The notes under the pieces were generated by a model. It was not told the DNA's origin. It did no database searches and saw nothing but the letters and a program-made list of their open reading frames with translations. Source: Escherichia coli (lineage in GTDB: Bacteria; Pseudomonadota; Gammaproteobacteria; Enterobacterales; Enterobacteriaceae). From it: 64,000 nucleotides of DNA. This document shows positions 49,653 through 61,113 of this stretch, piece by piece. Within the stretch, counting starts at the first letter, position 1; each line of letters opens with the position of its first letter. Made by a program: the position numbers and the translations under genes. The stretch lies in NCBI RefSeq assembly GCF_030013205.1, contig NZ_CP122648.1, one strand, 5' to 3'.

Positions 49653-51947
49653 ATGAAGGTAGATATTGATACCAGCGATAAGCTGTACGCCGACGCATGG
49701 CTTGGCTTTAAAGGTACGGACTGGAAAAACGAAATTAATGTCCGCGATTTTATTCAACATAACTATACACCGTATGAAGGCGATGAATCTTTCCTCGCTG
49801 AAGCGACGCCAGCCACCACGGAATTGTGGGAAAAGGTGATGGAAGGCATTCGTATTGAAAACGCAACCCACGCGCCGGTTGATTTCGATACTAATATTGC
49901 TACCACCATTACCGCTCATGATGCGGGATATATTAACCAGCCGCTGGAAAAAATAGTGGGCCTGCAAACGGATGCGCCATTAAAGCGTGCGCTGCATCCG
50001 TTCGGTGGCATTAATATGATTAAAAGTTCATTCCACGCCTATGGTCGTGAAATGGACAGTGAATTTGAATATCTGTTTACCGATCTGCGTAAAACCCATA
50101 ATCAGGGCGTATTTGATGTTTACTCACCGGATATGCTGCGCTGCCGTAAATCGGGTGTACTGACTGGTTTGCCAGATGGTTATGGCCGTGGGCGCATTAT
50201 CGGTGACTACCGCCGCGTGGCGCTGTATGGCATCAGTTATCTGGTGCGTGAACGCGAACTGCAATTTGCCGATCTCCAGTCTCGTCTGGAAAAAGGCGAG
50301 GATCTGGAAGCCACCATCCGTCTGCGTGAGGAGCTGGCAGAGCATCGTCATGCGCTGTTGCAGATTCAGGAAATGGCGGCGAAATATGGCTTTGATATCT
50401 CTCGCCCGGCGCAGAATGCGCAGGAAGCGGTGCAGTGGCTCTACTTCGCTTATCTGGCGGCAGTGAAATCGCAAAATGGCGGCGCGATGTCGCTGGGTCG
50501 CACGGCATCGTTCCTCGATATCTACATTGAGCGCGACTTTAAAGCTGGCGTACTCAATGAGCAGCAGGCACAGGAACTGATCGATCACTTCATCATGAAG
50601 ATCCGTATGGTACGCTTCCTGCGTACACCGGAATTTGATTCGCTGTTCTCCGGCGACCCAATCTGGGCGACGGAAGTGATCGGCGGGATGGGGCTGGACG
50701 GTCGTACGCTGGTGACCAAAAACTCCTTCCGCTATTTGCACACCCTGCACACTATGGGGCCGGCACCGGAACCTAACCTGACCATTCTTTGGTCGGAAGA
50801 ATTACCGATTGCCTTCAAAAAATATGCCGCGCAGGTGTCGATCGTCACCTCTTCCTTGCAGTATGAAAACGACGATCTGATGCGTACTGACTTCAACAGC
50901 GACGATTACGCGATTGCCTGCTGCGTCAGCCCAATGGTGATTGGTAAGCAAATGCAGTTCTTTGGTGCACGCGCTAACCTGGCGAAAACGCTGCTGTACG
51001 CAATTAACGGCGGGGTGGATGAGAAGCTGAAGATTCAGGTCGGTCCGAAAACGGCACCGCTGATGGACGACGTGCTGGATTACGACAAAGTGATGGACAG
51101 TCTCGATCACTTCATGGACTGGCTGGCGGTGCAGTACATCAGCGCGCTGAATATCATTCACTACATGCACGACAAGTACAGCTACGAAGCTTCGCTGATG
51201 GCGCTACACGATCGTGATGTCTATCGCACCATGGCGTGCGGCATCGCGGGCCTGTCGGTGGCGACGGACTCCCTGTCTGCTATCAAATATGCCCGCGTGA
51301 AACCAATCCGTGACGAAAACGGCCTGGCGGTGGATTTCGAAATCGACGGTGAATATCCGCAGTACGGCAACAACGACGAGCGCGTAGACAGTATTGCCTG
51401 CGACCTGGTTGAACGCTTTATGAAGAAAATTAAAGCGCTGCCAACCTATCGCAACGCCGTCCCTACCCAGTCGATTCTGACTATCACTTCTAACGTGGTG
51501 TACGGCCAGAAAACCGGTAACACGCCAGACGGTCGTCGTGCGGGTACACCGTTCGCACCGGGCGCTAACCCGATGCACGGTCGTGACCGCAAAGGTGCGG
51601 TAGCCTCGCTGACGTCGGTGGCGAAACTGCCGTTCACCTACGCCAAAGACGGGATCTCGTACACCTTCTCGATCGTGCCTGCGGCGCTGGGCAAAGAAGA
51701 TCCAGTACGTAAAACCAACCTTGTCGGCCTGCTGGATGGGTATTTCCACCACGAAGCGGATGTCGAAGGCGGTCAACACCTCAACGTCAACGTAATGAAT
51801 AGGGAAATGCTGCTGGATGCCATCGAGCACCCGGAAAAATATCCTAACCTGACAATCCGTGTCTCTGGCTACGCCGTGCGCTTCAACGCACTGACCCGTG
51901 AACAGCAACAGGATGTTATTTCACGTACTTTTACCCAGGCGCTCTGA
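49653..51947 (+). CDS. tdcE: 2-ketobutyrate/pyruvate formate-lyase, glycyl radical enzyme (764 aa)
   Basis: ORF track; glycyl radical motif RVSGYAV near C-terminus. Confidence 0.95.
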   Translation: MKVDIDTSDKLYADAWLGFKGTDWKNEINVRDFIQHNYTPYEGDESFLAEATPATTELWEKVMEGIRIENATHAPVDFDTNIATTITAHDAGYINQPLEKIVGLQTDAPLKRALHPFGGINMIKSSFHAYGREMDSEFEYLFTDLRKTHNQGVFDVYSPDMLRCRKSGVLTGLPDGYGRGRIIGDYRRVALYGISYLVRERELQFADLQSRLEKGEDLEATIRLREELAEHRHALLQIQEMAAKYGFDISRPAQNAQEAVQWLYFAYLAAVKSQNGGAMSLGRTASFLDIYIERDFKAGVLNEQQAQELIDHFIMKIRMVRFLRTPEFDSLFSGDPIWATEVIGGMGLDGRTLVTKNSFRYLHTLHTMGPAPEPNLTILWSEELPIAFKKYAAQVSIVTSSLQYENDDLMRTDFNSDDYAIACCVSPMVIGKQMQFFGARANLAKTLLYAINGGVDEKLKIQVGPKTAPLMDDVLDYDKVMDSLDHFMDWLAVQYISALNIIHYMHDKYSYEASLMALHDRDVYRTMACGIAGLSVATDSLSAIKYARVKPIRDENGLAVDFEIDGEYPQYGNNDERVDSIACDLVERFMKKIKALPTYRNAVPTQSILTITSNVVYGQKTGNTPDGRRAGTPFAPGANPMHGRDRKGAVASLTSVAKLPFTYAKDGISYTFSIVPAALGKEDPVRKTNLVGLLDGYFHHEADVEGGQHLNVNVMNREMLLDAIEHPEKYPNLTIRVSGYAVRFNALTREQQQDVISRTFTQAL

Positions 51948-51960
51948 CGCCGGAGGATGT

Positions 51961-52350
51961 ATGAAAAAGATTATCGAAACGCAACGTGCCCCAGGCGCAA
52001 TCGGCCCTTATGTTCAGGGCGTTGATTTAGGCAGCATGGTCTTCACCTCCGGGCAAATTCCGGTTTGCCCACAAACCGGTGAGATCCCGGCTGATGTGCA
52101 AGATCAGGCGCGTTTAAGCCTCGAAAACGTCAAAGCGATCGTGGTTGCTGCCGGGCTGAGCGTGGGCGATATCATCAAGATGACCGTGTTCATCACCGAT
52201 CTGAATGATTTTGCCACCATCAACGAAGTCTATAAGCAGTTCTTCGATGAGCATCAGGCGACCTACCCGACCCGGAGCTGTGTACAGGTCGCGCGTTTGC
52301 CGAAAGATGTGAAGCTGGAAATTGAAGCCATCGCAGTACGTAGTGCGTAA
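51961..52350 (+). CDS. tdcF: RidA-family enamine/imine deaminase (129 aa)
   Basis: ORF track 51898..52350; start MKKIIETQRAPGAIGPY. Confidence 0.93.
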   Translation: MKKIIETQRAPGAIGPYVQGVDLGSMVFTSGQIPVCPQTGEIPADVQDQARLSLENVKAIVVAAGLSVGDIIKMTVFITDLNDFATINEVYKQFFDEHQATYPTRSCVQVARLPKDVKLEIEAIAVRSA

Positions 52351-52421
52351 AGCCTCGTGAGCGGGACGGTCGCAAGGTCGTTCCGCTCCACTTCACTGAA
52401 CGGCAATCCGAGGGTGTGGAT

Positions 52422-53786
52422 ATGATTAGTGCATTCGATATTTTCAAAATTGGGATTGGTCCCTCCAGTTCGCATACCGTGGGGCCAATGAATGCCGGAA
52501 AAAGTTTTATTGATCGGCTGGAAAGTAGCGGCTTATTAACCGCGACGAGCCATATTGTGGTCGATCTGTACGGGTCGTTGTCACTGACGGGCAAAGGCCA
52601 TGCCACGGATGTCGCCATTATCATGGGACTGGCAGGAAACAGTCCGCAGGATGTTGTCATTGATGAGATCTCTGCATTTATAGAGTTAGTAACGCGCAGC
52701 GGGCGGCTGCCAGTGGCATCTGGTGCGCATATTGTTGATTTTCCTGTAGCAAAGAACATTATCTTCCATCCCGAAATGTTGCCTCGCCATGAGAACGGAA
52801 TGCGGATCACTGCCTGGAAGGGACAGGAAGCGCTATTAAGTAAAACCTATTACTCTGTCGGCGGCGGGTTTATTGTCGAAGAAGAACACTTCGGTCTGTC
52901 GCACGATGTCGAAACGTCCGTACCTTACGATTTCCACTCAGCAGGTGAACTGCTGAAAATGTGTGATTACAACGGCCTGTCTATATCTGGTCTGATGATG
53001 CACAACGAGCTGGCGCTGCGCAGCAAAGCGGAAATTGACGCAGGGTTTGCCCGTATCTGGCAAGTGATGCATGACGGTATTGAACGCGGGATGAACACTG
53101 AAGGCGTGCTGCCTGGTCCGCTCAATGTGCCGCGTCGTGCCGTAGCGCTGCGTCGTCAGCTGGTTTCCAGCGATAACATCTCTAACGATCCGATGAATGT
53201 CATCGACTGGATCAATATGTACGCGCTGGCGGTTAGTGAAGAAAACGCAGCTGGCGGGCGTGTGGTAACGGCACCGACTAACGGTGCGTGCGGCATTATT
53301 CCGGCAGTGCTGGCTTATTACGATAAGTTCCGTCGTCCGGTAAACGAGCGGTCAATTGCCCGCTATTTTCTGGCAGCGGGGGCTATTGGCGCGCTGTATA
53401 AAATGAACGCCTCCATCTCTGGCGCGGAAGTCGGCTGTCAGGGGGAGATTGGCGTGGCCTGTTCAATGGCGGCGGCAGGGTTAACTGAACTCCTGGGCGG
53501 CAGTCCGGCGCAGGTGTGCAATGCGGCGGAAATCGCGATGGAGCATAACCTTGGGCTGACCTGCGATCCGGTTGCCGGACAGGTACAAATCCCGTGCATT
53601 GAACGTAATGCCATTAATGCCGTGAAAGCAGTAAACGCCGCGCGGATGGCGATGCGCCGCACCTCGGCACCGCGTGTTTCACTCGATAAAGTGATCGAGA
53701 CGATGTATGAAACCGGCAAAGATATGAACGATAAATACCGCGAAACATCACGCGGAGGACTGGCCATTAAAGTGGTCTGCGGCTGA
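52422..53786 (+). CDS. tdcG: L-serine dehydratase, Fe-S (454 aa)
   Basis: ORF track 52416..53786. Confidence 0.93.
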   Translation: MISAFDIFKIGIGPSSSHTVGPMNAGKSFIDRLESSGLLTATSHIVVDLYGSLSLTGKGHATDVAIIMGLAGNSPQDVVIDEISAFIELVTRSGRLPVASGAHIVDFPVAKNIIFHPEMLPRHENGMRITAWKGQEALLSKTYYSVGGGFIVEEEHFGLSHDVETSVPYDFHSAGELLKMCDYNGLSISGLMMHNELALRSKAEIDAGFARIWQVMHDGIERGMNTEGVLPGPLNVPRRAVALRRQLVSSDNISNDPMNVIDWINMYALAVSEENAAGGRVVTAPTNGACGIIPAVLAYYDKFRRPVNERSIARYFLAAGAIGALYKMNASISGAEVGCQGEIGVACSMAAAGLTELLGGSPAQVCNAAEIAMEHNLGLTCDPVAGQVQIPCIERNAINAVKAVNAARMAMRRTSAPRVSLDKVIETMYETGKDMNDKYRETSRGGLAIKVVCG

Positions 53787-53810
53787 CATTGCTGTCAGCT
53801 TTCATCCTTG

Positions 53811-53836
53811 GGTGCACAAATGTGCACCTTTTTTTT
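53811..53836 (+). terminator. tdc operon terminator (ggtgcacaaatgtgcacc + T8)
   Basis: Perfect hairpin and T-run seen after tdcG. Confidence 0.85.
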
Positions 53837-54060
53837 GTGATCTGCCGCAAATAGAGAATGAATATTCTCTTGTGATTAATTTAGTAGAAAATTCTTATCC
53901 ATCTCCGTTATTTCAAAGTCTTGATTGTGAAGATTTTCTCTGACCTCGCGCGTATCATTTCTTTATTCTAATAACTCGCCTGCAAAAACGTAGACCGCAT
54001 ATCGCCTTGATGCGGCTCGGAAAAAAATAATAAGCCCTACAAAATATTGAGCGAGAAATT

Positions 54061-55392
54061 ATGGAAATTGCATCGAATAAAGGCGTCATTGCAGACGCTT
54101 CGACCCCGGCGGGTCGTGCTGGAATGAGTGAGAGCGAGTGGCGAGAAGCGATCAAATTCGACAGTACTGACACCGGCTGGGTGATTATGAGTATCGGGAT
54201 GGCGATTGGCGCGGGGATTGTTTTTCTCCCGGTGCAGGTCGGTTTGATGGGATTGTGGGTATTTTTGCTCTCATCGGTGATTGGTTACCCGGCAATGTAT
54301 CTGTTTCAGCGATTGTTTATTAATACGCTGGCAGAATCACCAGAATGTAAAGATTACCCGAGTGTCATTAGCGGTTATTTAGGTAAAAACTGGGGCATCC
54401 TGTTAGGTGCGCTCTATTTCGTAATGCTGGTGATTTGGATGTTCGTCTATTCCACCGCCATCACCAACGATAGTGCTTCCTACCTGCATACCTTCGGCGT
54501 GACGGAAGGGTTGCTGTCAGACAGTCCCTTTTATGGTCTGGTACTGATTTGCATTCTGGTGGCGATCTCCTCACGCGGCGAGAAATTGTTATTCAAAATT
54601 TCGACGGGGATGGTGCTGACCAAGCTGCTGGTGGTCGCGGCGCTGGGCGTGTCGATGGTGGGAATGTGGCATCTGTATAACGTCGGTTCGCTACCGCCGC
54701 TGGGGCTGCTGGTGAAAAACGCCATTATTACGCTGCCGTTTACCCTGACGTCGATTCTGTTTATCCAGACGTTAAGCCCGATGGTGATCTCTTATCGCTC
54801 GCGGGAAAAATCGATTGAAGTAGCGCGGCATAAAGCATTGCGGGCAATGAATATCGCGTTTGGCATTTTGTTTGTCACCGTCTTTTTCTACGCCGTGTCG
54901 TTCACGCTGGCGATGGGACATGACGAAGCGGTAAAAGCCTATGAGCAGAATATTTCCGCGCTGGCGATTGCCGCACAGTTTATTAGCGGTGACGGCGCAG
55001 CGTGGGTGAAAGTGGTCAGCGTCATTCTCAATATCTTTGCTGTCATGACTGCATTCTTTGGCGTCTATTTAGGCTTTCGCGAAGCAACGCAAGGGATCGT
55101 AATGAACATCCTGCGTCGCAAGATGCCTGCCGAGAAGATTAACGAAAATCTTGTTCAGCGCGGCATCATGATTTTCGCCATTTTGCTGGCCTGGAGCGCT
55201 ATCGTACTGAACGCACCGGTGTTGAGCTTCACCTCTATCTGTAGCCCGATTTTCGGCATGGTAGGGTGCCTGATCCCGGCGTGGCTGGTTTACAAAGTAC
55301 CGGCATTGCACAAATACAAAGGGATGTCTCTGTACCTGATTATCGTCACTGGTTTGTTGCTTTGTGTTTCTCCGTTCCTGGCATTTTCTTGA
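54061..55392 (+). CDS. cyuP: cysteine/D-serine transporter, HAAAP family (443 aa)
   Basis: ORF track; K-12 yhaO equivalent. Confidence 0.9.
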   Translation: MEIASNKGVIADASTPAGRAGMSESEWREAIKFDSTDTGWVIMSIGMAIGAGIVFLPVQVGLMGLWVFLLSSVIGYPAMYLFQRLFINTLAESPECKDYPSVISGYLGKNWGILLGALYFVMLVIWMFVYSTAITNDSASYLHTFGVTEGLLSDSPFYGLVLICILVAISSRGEKLLFKISTGMVLTKLLVVAALGVSMVGMWHLYNVGSLPPLGLLVKNAIITLPFTLTSILFIQTLSPMVISYRSREKSIEVARHKALRAMNIAFGILFVTVFFYAVSFTLAMGHDEAVKAYEQNISALAIAAQFISGDGAAWVKVVSVILNIFAVMTAFFGVYLGFREATQGIVMNILRRKMPAEKINENLVQRGIMIFAILLAWSAIVLNAPVLSFTSICSPIFGMVGCLIPAWLVYKVPALHKYKGMSLYLIIVTGLLLCVSPFLAFS

Positions 55393-55419
55393 TTTACCTG
55401 AAATTTTAAGGTTTTTAAT

Positions 55420-56730
55420 ATGTTTGATTCGACTTTAAATCCGTTATGGCAGCGTTACATCCTCGCCGTTCAGGAGGAAGTAAAACCGGCGCTGGGATGT
55501 ACTGAACCGATTTCACTGGCGCTGGCGGCGGCGGTTGCTGCGGCAGAACTGGAAGGTCCGGTTGAACGTGTAGAAGCCTGGGTTTCGCCAAATCTGATGA
55601 AGAACGGTCTGGGCGTCACCGTTCCCGGCACGGGAATGGTGGGGCTGCCAATTGCGGCGGCGCTGGGAGCGTTAGGTGGAAATGCTAACGCCGGGCTGGA
55701 AGTGCTGAAAGACGCAACTGCGCAGGCAATTTCCGATGCCAAAGCACTGCTGGCGGCGGGGAAAGTCTCAGTTAAGATCCAGGAACCTTGCGATGAAATC
55801 CTCTTCTCACGCGCCAAAGTCTGGAACGGTGAGAAGTGGGCGTGTGTCACCATCGTCGGCGGGCATACCAACATTGTGCATATTGAGACGCACAATGGTG
55901 TGGTGTTTACCCAGCAGGCGTGTGTGACAGAGGGCGAGCAAGAGTCGCCGCTGACGGTGCTTTCCAGAACGACGCTGGCTGAGATCCTGAAGTTTGTCAA
56001 TGAAGTGCCGTTTGCGGCGATCCGCTTTATTCTCGATTCCGCGAAGTTAAATTGCGCGTTATCGCAGGAAGGTTTGAGCGGTAACTGGGGGCTGCATATT
56101 GGCGCGACGCTGGAGAAACAGTGCGCGCGCGGCTTGCTGGCGAAAGATCTCTCTTCATCCATTGTGATTCGTACCAGCGCGGCATCCGATGCGCGTATGG
56201 GCGGCGCTACGCTTCCGGCGATGAGTAACTCCGGCTCGGGTAACCAGGGGATCACTGCAACAATGCCTGTGGTGGTGGTAGCAGAACACTTCGGGGCCGA
56301 TGATGAACGGCTGGCGCGTGCGCTGATGCTTTCGCATTTGAGCGCGATTTACATCCATAACCAGTTACCGCGTTTGTCTGCGCTGTGTGCCGCAACGACC
56401 GCAGCAATGGGGGCCGCCGCCGGGATGGCATGGCTGGTGGATGGGCGTTATGAAACCATCTCGATGGCGATCAGCAGTATGATCGGCGATGTCAGCGGCA
56501 TGATTTGCGATGGTGCGTCGAACAGCTGCGCGATGAAGGTTTCGACCAGTGCTTCGGCTGCGTGGAAAGCGGTGTTAATGGCGCTGGATGATACCGCCGT
56601 GACCGGCAATGAAGGGATCGTGGCGCATGATGTTGAGCAGTCGATTGCCAACCTGTGTGCGTTAGCAAGCCATTCGATGCAGCAAACGGATCGGCAGATT
56701 ATCGAGATTATGGCGAGCAAGGCCAGATAA
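55420..56730 (+). CDS. cyuA: L-cysteine desulfidase (436 aa)
   Basis: ORF track; K-12 yhaM equivalent. Confidence 0.9.
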   Translation: MFDSTLNPLWQRYILAVQEEVKPALGCTEPISLALAAAVAAAELEGPVERVEAWVSPNLMKNGLGVTVPGTGMVGLPIAAALGALGGNANAGLEVLKDATAQAISDAKALLAAGKVSVKIQEPCDEILFSRAKVWNGEKWACVTIVGGHTNIVHIETHNGVVFTQQACVTEGEQESPLTVLSRTTLAEILKFVNEVPFAAIRFILDSAKLNCALSQEGLSGNWGLHIGATLEKQCARGLLAKDLSSSIVIRTSAASDARMGGATLPAMSNSGSGNQGITATMPVVVVAEHFGADDERLARALMLSHLSAIYIHNQLPRLSALCAATTAAMGAAAGMAWLVDGRYETISMAISSMIGDVSGMICDGASNSCAMKVSTSASAAWKAVLMALDDTAVTGNEGIVAHDVEQSIANLCALASHSMQQTDRQIIEIMASKAR

Positions 56731-56749
56731 ACGCCAGGTTTTGGGTATC

Positions 56750-56856
<107 letters not shown>

Positions 56857-56862
56857 CTGTCT

Positions 56863-57030
56863 TTACGCGGTAGCTTCATCCTCGGCTAAACGCGTTTCAG
56901 CATCCGCGACGATGGCTTCCAGCTCGCTCAACATCTCTTCATAGCCAAAATTTTTGGCGGTGCGAGCAGGTTCTTTCGCCACCACGGGCTTCACTGGCTG
57001 ACGCTTTTTGGCCGATTTTTTACTCATCAT
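56863..57030 (-). CDS. yhaL: small protein YhaL (about 54-55 aa), absent from ORF track (below 60 aa)
   Basis: Manual minus-strand translation: MMSKKSAKKRQPVKPVVAKEPARTAKNFGYEEMLSELEAIVADAETRLAEDEATA; gggag SD upstream. Confidence 0.7.
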   Translation of the reverse strand: MMSKKSAKKRQPVKPVVAKEPARTAKNFGYEEMLSELEAIVADAETRLAEDEATA

Positions 57031-57049
57031 CATCTCCCTGTTAAAACAA

Positions 57050-57751
57050 CTAGACAGGCAAATCTATCAGCAAAGCGCGCAGTGGGGAATCGGCAACCAG
57101 CGTAATGTTAGCCTCGTCACGAATAAACGCCCCATCACCGCAGGTTAGCGCCGCTTTCTCTTCATGATGCGTAAGCGCATGAAATTTCCCGTGAATCGAT
57201 TGCAAATACGCGCGTGGCCCATGCAACTGGAAATTCGCACTTTCGCCTTTGTCGAGCACGATATGGTGCAGCCACACTTGTTGGCGTAATTGCAGGCTTC
57301 CCATCGCACCCTCTGGCGAGGCGATTAATTGCTGCTTGTCCATATTAAGCGCCAGCTTTTGAATCAGCGGATTCTCTCGCTGCGGGCAGGCATCCAGCCA
57401 AAGCTGCATTCGCGTTAACGGTTTGTCTTTGCTGAGATTGTGTTCGCTATAGCTGACACCCGGCTGGGTAGAGAGCAGCAACGCCTCACCGGAGCTGGCC
57501 TGAACATGATTGCCTTCGCTGTCGCGATACTCTGCTTCTCCATCCAGAATCACATTTAAAATATCGACTTTGGGATAGGTTCGCGGCTGAAAGGCGGCAC
57601 CTGGGGCCAGCACTTCCTGGTTAAGCACGCGCAGGGAGGCATAGCCTAACAATTTCGGGTCGAAGTAGTGTCCAAAGGAAAAAGTATACCGGGCCTGCAA
57701 CCATCCGTAGTCTGCTTGTCCACACTGCCTGGCAGTTCGGGTAGTAATCAT
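57050..57751 (-). CDS. yhaK: pirin-like cupin protein (233 aa)
   Basis: ORF track. Confidence 0.9.
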   Translation of the reverse strand: MITTRTARQCGQADYGWLQARYTFSFGHYFDPKLLGYASLRVLNQEVLAPGAAFQPRTYPKVDILNVILDGEAEYRDSEGNHVQASSGEALLLSTQPGVSYSEHNLSKDKPLTRMQLWLDACPQRENPLIQKLALNMDKQQLIASPEGAMGSLQLRQQVWLHHIVLDKGESANFQLHGPRAYLQSIHGKFHALTHHEEKAALTCGDGAFIRDEANITLVADSPLRALLIDLPV

Positions 57752-57855
57752 AATTCTTGACCTCTCTTTACTTCCTTTTATGGTAAGGGGCTGGACGCTA
57801 CATTGTTAGCCAGATATTCTGCCCGGTATGTTCAAATTTCCTGAATGAGAACGAA

Positions 57856-58752
57856 ATGGCCAAAGAAAGGGCATTAACGCTGGAAGCACTACGGGTTATG
57901 GATGCGATCGATCGCCGGGGCAGTTTTGCGGCGGCGGCGGATGAGCTGGGACGCGTGCCTTCCGCACTTAGCTACACCATGCAAAAACTGGAAGAAGAGC
58001 TGGATGTGGTGCTGTTTGACCGCTCGGGCCATCGCACCAAATTCACCAATGTCGGGAGGATGTTGCTGGAGCGAGGGCGCGTTTTGCTGGAAGCCGCAGA
58101 TAAACTGACTACCGATGCGGAAGCTCTCGCGCGCGGTTGGGAAACGCATCTCACCATTGTGACCGAGGCGCTGGTACCGACACCTGCCTTTTTCCCGTTA
58201 ATCGACAAACTGGCGGCAAAAGCCAATACCCAACTGGCAATTATCACCGAAGTGCTGGCGGGGGCGTGGGAACGGCTGGAGCAGGGGCGGGCGGATATTG
58301 TTATCGCGCCGGATATGCATTTTCGTTCCTCGTCGGAGATCAACTCGCGCAAGCTCTATACGTTAATGAACGTCTACGTTGCCGCGCCTGATCACCCGAT
58401 TCATCAGGAGCCGGAACCGTTATCTGAAGTGACGCGCGTGAAATATCGTGGAATTGCGGTGGCGGATACCGCTCGTGAGCGCCCGGTGTTGACCGTACAG
58501 CTGCTGGACAAACAGCCGCGCTTAACGGTGAGCACGATTGAAGATAAACGTCAGGCATTACTGGCGGGGCTTGGCGTGGCGACGATGCCGTATCCGATGG
58601 TCGAAAAAGATATTGCGGAAGGGCGGTTGCGTGTCGTCAGCCCGGAATCGACCAGCGAGATCGATATTATTATGGCCTGGCGTCGTGACAGTATGGGGGA
58701 AGCGAAATCCTGGTGTCTGCGGGAAATTCCCAAACTTTTTAGCGGAAAATAA
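57856..58752 (+). CDS. yhaJ: LysR-family transcriptional regulator (298 aa)
   Basis: ORF track; divergent from yhaK. Confidence 0.9.
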   Translation: MAKERALTLEALRVMDAIDRRGSFAAAADELGRVPSALSYTMQKLEEELDVVLFDRSGHRTKFTNVGRMLLERGRVLLEAADKLTTDAEALARGWETHLTIVTEALVPTPAFFPLIDKLAAKANTQLAIITEVLAGAWERLEQGRADIVIAPDMHFRSSSEINSRKLYTLMNVYVAAPDHPIHQEPEPLSEVTRVKYRGIAVADTARERPVLTVQLLDKQPRLTVSTIEDKRQALLAGLGVATMPYPMVEKDIAEGRLRVVSPESTSEIDIIMAWRRDSMGEAKSWCLREIPKLFSGK

Positions 58753-58800
58753 TATTTGTTATTGTTAATAACAAGGGGCGAAATATCGCCCCAATTTTAA
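58753..58800. terminator. convergent-gene terminator region (ggggcgaaatatcgcccc hairpin; adjacent palindrome tgttattgttaataaca)
   Basis: Hairpins seen between the stops of yhaJ (+) and yhaI (-). Confidence 0.5.
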
Positions 58801-58802
58801 TA

Positions 58803-59159
58803 TTAATTTGAACCAAATTTCGGATCGTTTCCGTAACGATTGCTGCCAGAATTGCCCTCTAAACAGGCAAATACAAACAGAACTAACCAGCCAATGATCG
58901 GTACCAGATAGAGAAGCGCCCACGCACCTGAACGGTCAGTATCATGCAGACGACGAACGCACAGAGCAATGACCGGAATGATTGTTGCTGCCAGGTAAAT
59001 GAGAGAAAGGAACGGAAACTCTAAACCTAAAATCAATTGAATGACATTGATAATAGCGCCGACGATGGCGTTAATCAGAGTAAACATCCAGTACTCTTTA
59101 CGACGTGCGCGACCAGAGAAACCAACATAATTTTTTAATACGGATAAATACCACTGCAT
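58803..59159 (-). CDS. yhaI: DUF805 inner membrane protein (118 aa)
   Basis: ORF track. Confidence 0.9.
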   Translation of the reverse strand: MQWYLSVLKNYVGFSGRARRKEYWMFTLINAIVGAIINVIQLILGLEFPFLSLIYLAATIIPVIALCVRRLHDTDRSGAWALLYLVPIIGWLVLFVFACLEGNSGSNRYGNDPKFGSN

Positions 59160-59359
59160 AAAAACATCCCTTTAATTAAAAGTGACGAAAGTCTATTCCG
59201 GGTATTGTGTAAATGCTATTCGTATCTTTCTTTTTCGGATGTTATAAAGGTTTTAATATTTAAGATAAATATATGGTTGTTTTTTATATGTAATTTATAT
59301 AACGACATTGAAATATTTTAACTAAACATTAGTAAATTATTCATTCATCAACATGATGA

Positions 59360-59400
59360 TAAAAGCCGGATGAGTCAGACATCCGGCGAGCAGATTTGTT
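59360..59400 (-). terminator. yhaH terminator (gccggatg tctgactc atccggc + T-run on minus strand)
   Basis: Hairpin plus T-tract seen immediately after yhaH stop. Confidence 0.6.
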
Positions 59401-59766
59401 TTAAGGTTCCAGTTTTGGATCAGGTCCAAAGCGGTTTTCGCCTGGCGTACCCGCCTGGCAGTTAAAGACGATGATAATAAGCCAGCCGATAAACGGGATT
59501 AAGAACAGCAGTGCCCACCACGCCGAGCGGTCGGTGTCGTGCAGGCGGCGGAACTGAACCGCCCACCACGGTAAAAACACCAGAATACCGTAGATTGTTG
59601 TCAGGATGCCTTCGCCACCAGCGCGTTGCCAGCCTAACATTTTATCCAGCAGCCCCAGCACGAACGTAAAGATGATGTTGACCAGAATAAACATCCAGTA
59701 CTCTTTGCGCCGCGCACGACCCCGGAAACCGACATAATTTTTTAGTACTTTCAGATACCAGTCCAT
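59401..59766 (-). CDS. yhaH: DUF805 inner membrane protein (121 aa), paralog of yhaI
   Basis: ORF track 59401..59787; likely start MDWYLKVLKNYVGF. Confidence 0.88.
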   Translation of the reverse strand: MDWYLKVLKNYVGFRGRARRKEYWMFILVNIIFTFVLGLLDKMLGWQRAGGEGILTTIYGILVFLPWWAVQFRRLHDTDRSAWWALLFLIPFIGWLIIIVFNCQAGTPGENRFGPDPKLEP

Positions 59767-59919
59767 TTTTGCCTCAATTTTGCTCAATCACTTGTTTTTA
59801 AAGCAGCAAATTAAGAATAGACGTGAATGAAATGGCAGTAAATATTCGTTCAAGGAATTAATAAAGTGCCGTGAAGGCGCGCTAAGACTGATGACAAGCG
59901 CAAAATCGCCAGATGCGCT

Positions 59920-60015
59920 ACGCTTATCTGGCCTACGCGGCATTGTAACATATTGAATATAAACGTTTTGTAGGTTGGAGAAAACGTTCACGCCGCATCC
60001 GACATAAATAACACG
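59920..60015. repeat. REP-like palindromic units
   Basis: gatgcgctacgcttatctggcctacg and gtaggttggag...cgccgcatccgaca seen. Confidence 0.7.
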
Positions 60016-60057
60016 CACTTAGCTAATAATCAGAGGCACCTCGTAAGGTGCCTTTTT

Positions 60058-61044
60058 TTAACCGAAGCGAACATCTCGTCCATGCGGTTCATCGAGATCC
60101 TGCCACGGACCAATTGAAATAATCCCCGTAGGGTTGATGGTCTTATGGCTGCGGAAGTAGTGATTACGGATGTGATCGAAATTGACAGTTTCGGCAATCC
60201 CCGGCATCTGGTAGATATCGCGCAGGAAACCATACAGATTCAGGTAATCGCTGATGCGGTGCTTATCACACTTGAAGTGGGTGACATACACCGGATCAAA
60301 ACGCACCAGCGTGGTCCACAGGCGAATATCGGCTTCGGTTAGCTGGTTGCCGGTCAGGTAACGATGCTGGCCTAAAATCTGCTCCAGTCGCGCCAGCGAT
60401 TCAAACACTTTCACTACCGCCTCGTCGTAGGCTTGCTGGCTGGTGGCAAAACCGGCTTTATACACGCCATTGTTAACGGTGTCATAAATCCAGCCGTTAA
60501 GTTCGTCAATTTTCGTTTGCAGGGCTGATGGGTAGTAATCACCAGCTTTCGCGCCCAGCGCATCAAACGCGGTATTGAACATGCGGATGATTTCTGCTGA
60601 TTCGTTGCTGACGATGGTGTGGTTCTTTTTGTCCCACAGCACGGGAACAGTAACTCGTCCGCTGTAGTGTGGATCGGCGTGGAGATAAAGCTGATACAAA
60701 AATTCATGTTGATAGAGTGTATCGCCGGTTGCACCCGGAAAACTGTCATCAAAGGTCCAGCCGTTTTCCAGCATCAGCGGGTTCACTACGGAAACGGAAA
60801 TAAACGGTTCCAGTCCTTTGAGTTTACGCATGATCAGCGTGCGGTGCGCCCACGGGCAGGCGAGTGAAACATAGAGATGATAACGATCTTTCTCTGCGAT
60901 AAAACCGCCTGTGCCAGTGGGGCCTGGCGCGCCATCGGCAGTGAGCCAGTTACGAAATGCGGAAGCTGAACGTTGAAATTTACCGCCGGTAGATTTGGTA
61001 TCGTACCAGGTGTCATGCCAGACGCCGTCAATCAGTTGACCCAT
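60058..61044 (-). CDS. yqjG: glutathionyl-hydroquinone reductase, Xi-class GST (328 aa)
   Basis: ORF track 60058..61065; likely start MGQLIDGVWHD. Confidence 0.9.
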   Translation of the reverse strand: MGQLIDGVWHDTWYDTKSTGGKFQRSASAFRNWLTADGAPGPTGTGGFIAEKDRYHLYVSLACPWAHRTLIMRKLKGLEPFISVSVVNPLMLENGWTFDDSFPGATGDTLYQHEFLYQLYLHADPHYSGRVTVPVLWDKKNHTIVSNESAEIIRMFNTAFDALGAKAGDYYPSALQTKIDELNGWIYDTVNNGVYKAGFATSQQAYDEAVVKVFESLARLEQILGQHRYLTGNQLTEADIRLWTTLVRFDPVYVTHFKCDKHRISDYLNLYGFLRDIYQMPGIAETVNFDHIRNHYFRSHKTINPTGIISIGPWQDLDEPHGRDVRFG

Positions 61045-61113
61045 ATTTCTCTCCTCCAATAGCAAAAACGAGGAGTTTCCTCCTCGTTTTTTATCGTTAA
61101 GTATAGCGCGTGC

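Noticed and set aside
60030-60060. Hairpin ggcacc tcgtaa ggtgcc followed by T7 on the plus strand, next to the yqjG stop
   Set aside because: On the plus strand it is a good terminator but no plus-strand gene ends there; on the minus strand, where yqjG ends, it lacks a proper T-tract. Orientation and function unresolved, so not called.
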